Source of the DNA: an uncultured Pseudanabaenaceae cyanobacterium
Lineage (GTDB): Bacteria; Cyanobacteriota; Cyanobacteriia; PCC-9006; JAAUQQ01
Assembly: GCA_938021205.1 (NCBI GenBank)
Contig: CALIGI010000058.1
Span: forward strand, 13,169 to 77,168
Direction: 5' to 3'
Length of the DNA: 64,000 nucleotides
Of this stretch, positions 59,978 through 64,000 are shown in pieces. Made by a program: the position numbers and the translations under genes. How positions within the stretch are numbered: position 1 is the first letter of the stretch; each line of letters opens with the position of its first letter. A model generated the notes under the pieces. It was not told the DNA's origin, did not search any database, and saw nothing but the letters and a program-made list of their open reading frames with translations.

Positions 59978-61213
59978 TCAGGCGACAGCAGGCTCAGTCT
60001 TGGCTTTCCAGCGACTGAACATTTGGCCATACAGTTCACTGATGACTTGCCTTGCTTCGTAAGGCTGAGCATCTTGAGTGCAGGCTGAAACCGGATATTG
60101 CTCCGGATTGGCAAGAACCCTTTCCATGGCTGTTGCAACTGCCTCAGGAGAGCGTTCATCGCAGACTAAACCACTCTTTTCAGAGAGCAATTTAGGGGTT
60201 TCCCCGCAACGGGTTGTGACCACGGGAGTTCCACAGGCCAGGGCCTCTAGAACAACCAAGGGTAATCCTTCATAACGACTGCTTAAGACGCAAACAGAGG
60301 CGCACTGATGCAGACGAATGAGCTCTGACTGTTGTACGGGACCTAGCAAAGAGACTGAAGTTGTAATACCAAGGTGGCTTAATTCATCCCGCAATGGTTC
60401 CATCAATTCCCCATCTCCTGCGACCAATAGATGGGGGCTAAGCTCGGTATTTTGCTGCTTCAACTGGGCAAATGCTTGGGCTAGCAACAGAGGATCCTTC
60501 TGGGGATGTAGACGACCTGCGAACAGAATAAACTTGGTGTCTGGCTCCAATCCCAATTCTTTGGCCAAATTAGCTTGCTCAGTTGCCAGACTATCGTCTG
60601 TTAGCGGGTGAAACAGCTCGCCGTCAACAGTATTGCGAACTAAAGAAACGCGATCTGCCATATCTGCATAGTTCGCCTTGTAGAAATCTCGTGAATCAGA
60701 GTTACAAGAGAGAATCTGAGAAAACCGCTTCAGCAATCTACGCTCCAGCGCCAAATAGAGTTTTGGAACACGACTCCAAAGCATCCCACCTTGTTTGGCG
60801 GAGCCACCCTCCTTCAACATCTGACTGTGGATATCATTATGAACAAACAAGGTTTGTTCTCCGGGCCATCTAGAAGTCGCCAAACTTGGCTCTAAACGAT
60901 GGAAATGCATGAAATCGGAGGAAAGGTGCTTACCTAGCAGAGACCAGGTATACCTCAGTGTTGTGGGAATGAGTTTGCGTCGATTGTCATCTTCCATGAA
61001 GAAGAGAGGCATAAACATCACATCGCGCCCCTTCAAGGACAAACTATGCCAGCGCCTTAACTTTAAGCTAGGGTCACTTGTGATGCCGACGAATCGTATA
61101 CGGAAGCTATCCGGTGCATATTTTATAAAAGAACTAATGATCGTTTGAATGCCACCGATAGTTGCATTCCAAGGATCGTATTGATAGAAAATCGTTAGAA
61201 CAGGCTTTCGCAT
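59978..61213 (-). CDS. Glycosyltransferase family 1 (GT4).
   Basis: C-terminal VCVLSSRYEGLPLVVLEALACGTPVVTT (E-x7-E) and a GT-B N-terminal half. Confidence 0.8.
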   Translation of the reverse strand: MRKPVLTIFYQYDPWNATIGGIQTIISSFIKYAPDSFRIRFVGITSDPSLKLRRWHSLSLKGRDVMFMPLFFMEDDNRRKLIPTTLRYTWSLLGKHLSSDFMHFHRLEPSLATSRWPGEQTLFVHNDIHSQMLKEGGSAKQGGMLWSRVPKLYLALERRLLKRFSQILSCNSDSRDFYKANYADMADRVSLVRNTVDGELFHPLTDDSLATEQANLAKELGLEPDTKFILFAGRLHPQKDPLLLAQAFAQLKQQNTELSPHLLVAGDGELMEPLRDELSHLGITTSVSLLGPVQQSELIRLHQCASVCVLSSRYEGLPLVVLEALACGTPVVTTRCGETPKLLSEKSGLVCDERSPEAVATAMERVLANPEQYPVSACTQDAQPYEARQVISELYGQMFSRWKAKTEPAVA

Positions 61214-61906
61214 TATGTGGACTGCATTGCAGAGGACGTATGCACTACTAATTCGATTCCTTAACTCATAAAATTACTATTCCCGGAGGGACTGAATTTC
61301 ACTCATTGGAGACGCCTACACATGAATAAACTAGTCTTTGGAAGAGACTAGTCGGTCTTTTGGAGCAGGAGCGCGTTCCATGACAATCTAAATCGCTTGA
61401 GCCTGAGAACGGCTTAGAGACGATTCTCGTGCAAAATCTTAAGGTACGAAACAATTGTATAGATAGTTGTTCGGGCTTAACCTTTGTAAAAGGTCGGCTT
61501 GACCTCTTCTTGAAGAGGTGGCAGAGAAGCATGATTTTTGTATAAAGTATTGCTCTGGATAGGGAAAAACAGCATTAGCAGCTCCGGGTTGTCTGAAGAC
61601 TTGGATTCTCAATCAATGTCTGTCTGTAACTCTTCGCGAAGCTATCCATCTCAGCTTGATAGAGTCACCAATTTTAGATGAATGTACGAGTATTTACTGG
61701 TGTCTGTAAATAGACTTAAGGGAGGGGTGCCATCGTCTCCCCTCATGTGATTGCGCGTATTGGCTATTCCTCGTGGTCTTTTCCTCGCGGTCTTTGTTCT
61801 CTCCTTAATTGTGCCGTGTCGGTTGGGCAGGCTAAGGCTTTGAATATTCAATTTCTACTCCTTCGTGATCTGCTAATTGGCGGTTTAGAGGCTGAATATG
61901 CTTTTG

Positions 61907-61946
61907 AGTACTGGTCAATGTTTGCTAGTACTGGTCAATGCTTGGC
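61907..61946. repeat. Tandem duplication of a 20-nt unit (agtactggtcaatg + 6 nt) in the divergent promoter region upstream of the cpcS-like gene.
   Basis: agtactggtcaatgtttgct followed by agtactggtcaatgcttggc. Confidence 0.6.
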
Positions 61947-62024
61947 AGAGCATGATGGAATTGTCTGTTCTTAGAGTTAGGGCTGTCATTGCGCTAAGCC
62001 GATACAGTAAGAAGGGTTTTTCCA

Positions 62025-62618
62025 TTGAAGGTCCAGGGCGCTATGACCATCGCAGAAACAGCCATCGCAGAAATAGCTGTATTTAATCAGTTTTTTGAGG
62101 CCTGCGTGGGGGCTTGGAGAACTGAACGGACCTATCACTATTTGCAACATAACGAAGTGGAGCGATCGCGAACGGAATTCGCGGTAAAGCCTGTGAGCAT
62201 TGACCTGAAGCGTAAGGTCTTGAGCGACAACGCTTACAGTGAGCCTGCTGATGTCGATTCATTGCCGGGGTTTGAGTTGGGCTTCCACACGGTGTCGGAA
62301 ACTGGTGATGAAGTGAGTCAAGAACTGCGGATGCTGTTTGTGATTCACCGTTGCGAAGACGGTTTGCTCTATGGGGATTATTTGCGCGATCGTGCCTATA
62401 CCGAAGTCCGCCCGATTATTTCTGACTTTCGCTTTGATCCCACAACTCGCGAGTTGTTGATGACGACTCGTTATACCAAGAGTGTCTCGGTGGATTCCAT
62501 CACGCTGGTGAATCCTGAACTGCGTATTCGTAAAATCTTGAATTATTTACGCCCACCGGAAGGTCAGCCTCTGAAGGATGTGGCGCTGGTTGGGTTTGGT
62601 GTGGAGCAGAAGGTTTAG
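62025..62618 (+). CDS. cpcS: CpcS/CpeS-type phycobilin lyase.
   Basis: FFEACVGAWRTERTYHYL is the FF..S.G.W.S.R..HHL-type opening of the CpcS/CpcU family. Length of about 190 aa. Confidence 0.6.
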   Translation: MKVQGAMTIAETAIAEIAVFNQFFEACVGAWRTERTYHYLQHNEVERSRTEFAVKPVSIDLKRKVLSDNAYSEPADVDSLPGFELGFHTVSETGDEVSQELRMLFVIHRCEDGLLYGDYLRDRAYTEVRPIISDFRFDPTTRELLMTTRYTKSVSVDSITLVNPELRIRKILNYLRPPEGQPLKDVALVGFGVEQKV

Positions 62619-62850
62619 TGGCGGTGGTAACCCGTCGTTATCCCTGAAGGGCCAAGCTAATTGCTCATTGAGTCGTGCTCGGATTGCGAAACGTTATAGT
62701 CTGCAAGTCCTCGCTAGATTGCAGCGAGCCTCAACTAGGCCTCTGGGACTGAAGCGCTATGCTAGAGGAGTATTCCTAATTTAAGCCTGGCCCGTACGAG
62801 CGATCGTGCCTTCCGCGAGCTCACTTTTAGGTTGCTGATTTCCATCGAAT

Positions 62851-63309
62851 TTGCCTATGTCTCTCTTTTCCCACAGACCCAAAACCCTTTCTCTGGGGCC
62901 ATTGGAAACGGAAATTCTAGAAATTATTTGGCAGTACAACGGTGCCACTGCCAAACAAATTCATGAGCAAATTTTGGATAATCCTGACCGAGAGCTTGCC
63001 TATGCTTCGGTGAGTACTGTGCTGAATCGTCTTGTCGCGAAGGGGTGGCTGAGTCGCAAGAAGTATCGGCGGGCCTTTGTCTGGCAGCCGCGTTTGTCCC
63101 AGCGAGAGGCTCAGGTACTCCAGGCCCATCATCAGGTTAAGCAGCTCCTGGCTGTGGGGGATGCGGAGATTGTGGCAGCGTTTGCCGATGAGCTAGATAA
63201 CGCTAGCCTGGACCGATTTGAGGCGATGGCCCAACGTCTTAAGGCTGCGAGGTTGCAGCGAGATAGTCAGTCTGACTTAGCTGCTGAGGAGAATGGCCCC
63301 TATGCATAG
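62851..63309 (+). CDS. BlaI/MecI/CopY-family transcriptional repressor (winged helix).
   Basis: LGPLETEILEIIWQYNGATAKQIHEQIL...AYASVSTVLNRLVAKGWLSRKK. Confidence 0.85.
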   Translation: MPMSLFSHRPKTLSLGPLETEILEIIWQYNGATAKQIHEQILDNPDRELAYASVSTVLNRLVAKGWLSRKKYRRAFVWQPRLSQREAQVLQAHHQVKQLLAVGDAEIVAAFADELDNASLDRFEAMAQRLKAARLQRDSQSDLAAEENGPYA

Positions 63310-64000
63310 TCTTCTGATGCTGCTGAGTTTGGCGGGGGCTTTGGCTCTGCGGTTTATCTATGGTGCTATGTCTGAGCACTTTTTTTGGTTAGCAGGGCAT
63401 GAAGCTTCTTGGTCTCGTCGCTGGTCTGTGGCCTTGGGGGCTTTTTTGCTGCCGCCGCTGTTGGTTTTCGCGATGGCGATCGCGATTCTAACGATGGGTA
63501 TCCATGGTTCTATGTTGGGCCATAGTGTTGGCCATCTGGGCTATGGATTTGCGCTAGCCACATTGCTTTGGTTTGCTGGGGTGCTGACCTGGCAAGCTAT
63601 GCATTCCTTGCGTTCTCACCTGCGGATTCGCCGCTTGCCTCGCACACAGATTCAAGGATTTGTGGCTCGAAGGTTAGAGAGCAGTCTGCCTTTTGCTGCT
63701 CGGGTGGGCTTTTGGCGTCCTGTGCTGGTGGTGAGTCAAGGCTTGCAGAATTTGCTGAATGAGCCTGAGGTTGCTGCGGTATTACACCATGAGCAGGCTC
63801 ACTTGACCTACCGCGATACCTTTTGGTTTTTCTGGTTAGGCTGGTTGCGGACTGCGACGGCTGGCTTGCCCGGCACAGCTTCCCTATGGGCTGAACTCTT
63901 GCTATTGCGGGAGATGCGGGCGGATCGCTGGGCCGCCCAAAGCCACGATCCCCTGCTACTGGCAGAGTCGCTGTTAAAGATGGCTCAGGCTGCGATTCCT
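63302..64000 (+). CDS. BlaR1-like M56-family membrane metalloprotease/sensor (partial; runs off the window end). It overlaps the repressor gene by 8 nt.
   Basis: Read by hand in frame 2 from ATG 63302 with no stop to the window end. Several TM helices and an HEQAH (HExxH) zinc motif. Confidence 0.7.
   Translation, partial: MHSLLMLLSLAGALALRFIYGAMSEHFFWLAGHEASWSRRWSVALGAFLLPPLLVFAMAIAILTMGIHGSMLGHSVGHLGYGFALATLLWFAGVLTWQAMHSLRSHLRIRRLPRTQIQGFVARRLESSLPFAARVGFWRPVLVVSQGLQNLLNEPEVAAVLHHEQAHLTYRDTFWFFWLGWLRTATAGLPGTASLWAELLLLREMRADRWAAQSHDPLLLAESLLKMAQAAIP

Noticed and set aside
61747-62086. Two overlapping short plus-strand ORFs covering the tandem 20-nt repeat upstream of cpcS.
   Set aside because: They overlap each other in different frames within a divergent promoter region and lack coding-like composition.
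1-64000. Search for CRISPR arrays, transposases, integrases, phage structural genes and toxin-antitoxin pairs.
   Set aside because: There are no regularly spaced direct repeats, no DDE or tyrosine-recombinase-like ORFs, and no small adjacent ORF pairs with TA-like features. The AT-rich islands contain no recognisable mobile-element genes.

Overview
This is a cyanobacterial chromosomal segment; the assignment rests on gene content (plastocyanin, a CpcS-type bilin lyase, a fibrillin-domain protein, a type II NADH dehydrogenase) and on the HIP1 octamer GCGATCGC being scattered throughout. The first ~33 kb is ordinary housekeeping and accessory genes at high coding density. It includes a Ctp protease, a RadC-like protein, an LCP-family protein, manC, a PhzF-family protein, aqpZ, an E. 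coli-like codA, purB, petE, NDH-2, sppA, an AroH-type chorismate mutase, a CrtR-like desaturase, tRNA-Leu(TAG), mraY and a TetR regulator. Several convergent gene pairs share clean bidirectional intrinsic terminators. From ~33.8 to 61.2 kb there is a ~27 kb Wzx/Wzy-dependent surface-polysaccharide (EPS or O-antigen-like) island, and this is the main item of interest. It opens with a Wzz-like co-polymerase and closes with a Wzc-like co-polymerase/BY-kinase followed by two GT1 genes. Between them are seven glycosyltransferases (GT1, GT2, and a split Alg14/Alg13-like pair), a SAM methyltransferase and a decayed acyltransferase-3 pseudogene. There is also a mirror-duplicated core of [alkaline-phosphatase-superfamily enzyme, Wzy-like polymerase, Wzx flippase, GT2], with each pair clearly paralogous. 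The island is punctuated by AT-rich intergenic patches, suggesting mosaic, horizontally assembled origin. The two AP-superfamily paralogs carry a Cys-x-Pro motif that resembles but does not match the sulfatase formylglycine motif. I rank them the most novel-looking candidates: they may be an undescribed polysaccharide-modifying activity. The window ends with a cpcS-like lyase and an overlapping BlaI/BlaR1-type repressor plus sensor-protease pair, the latter running off the window. Two orphan intrinsic terminators (at 8955 on the minus strand and 23954 on the plus strand) and a hairpin-rich leader ending in a terminator just upstream of the 15689 gene point to unannotated small RNAs or cis-regulatory RNAs. 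No CRISPR array, transposase or prophage gene was found. All calls are from reading the translated ORFs and the DNA by eye, with no database searches.
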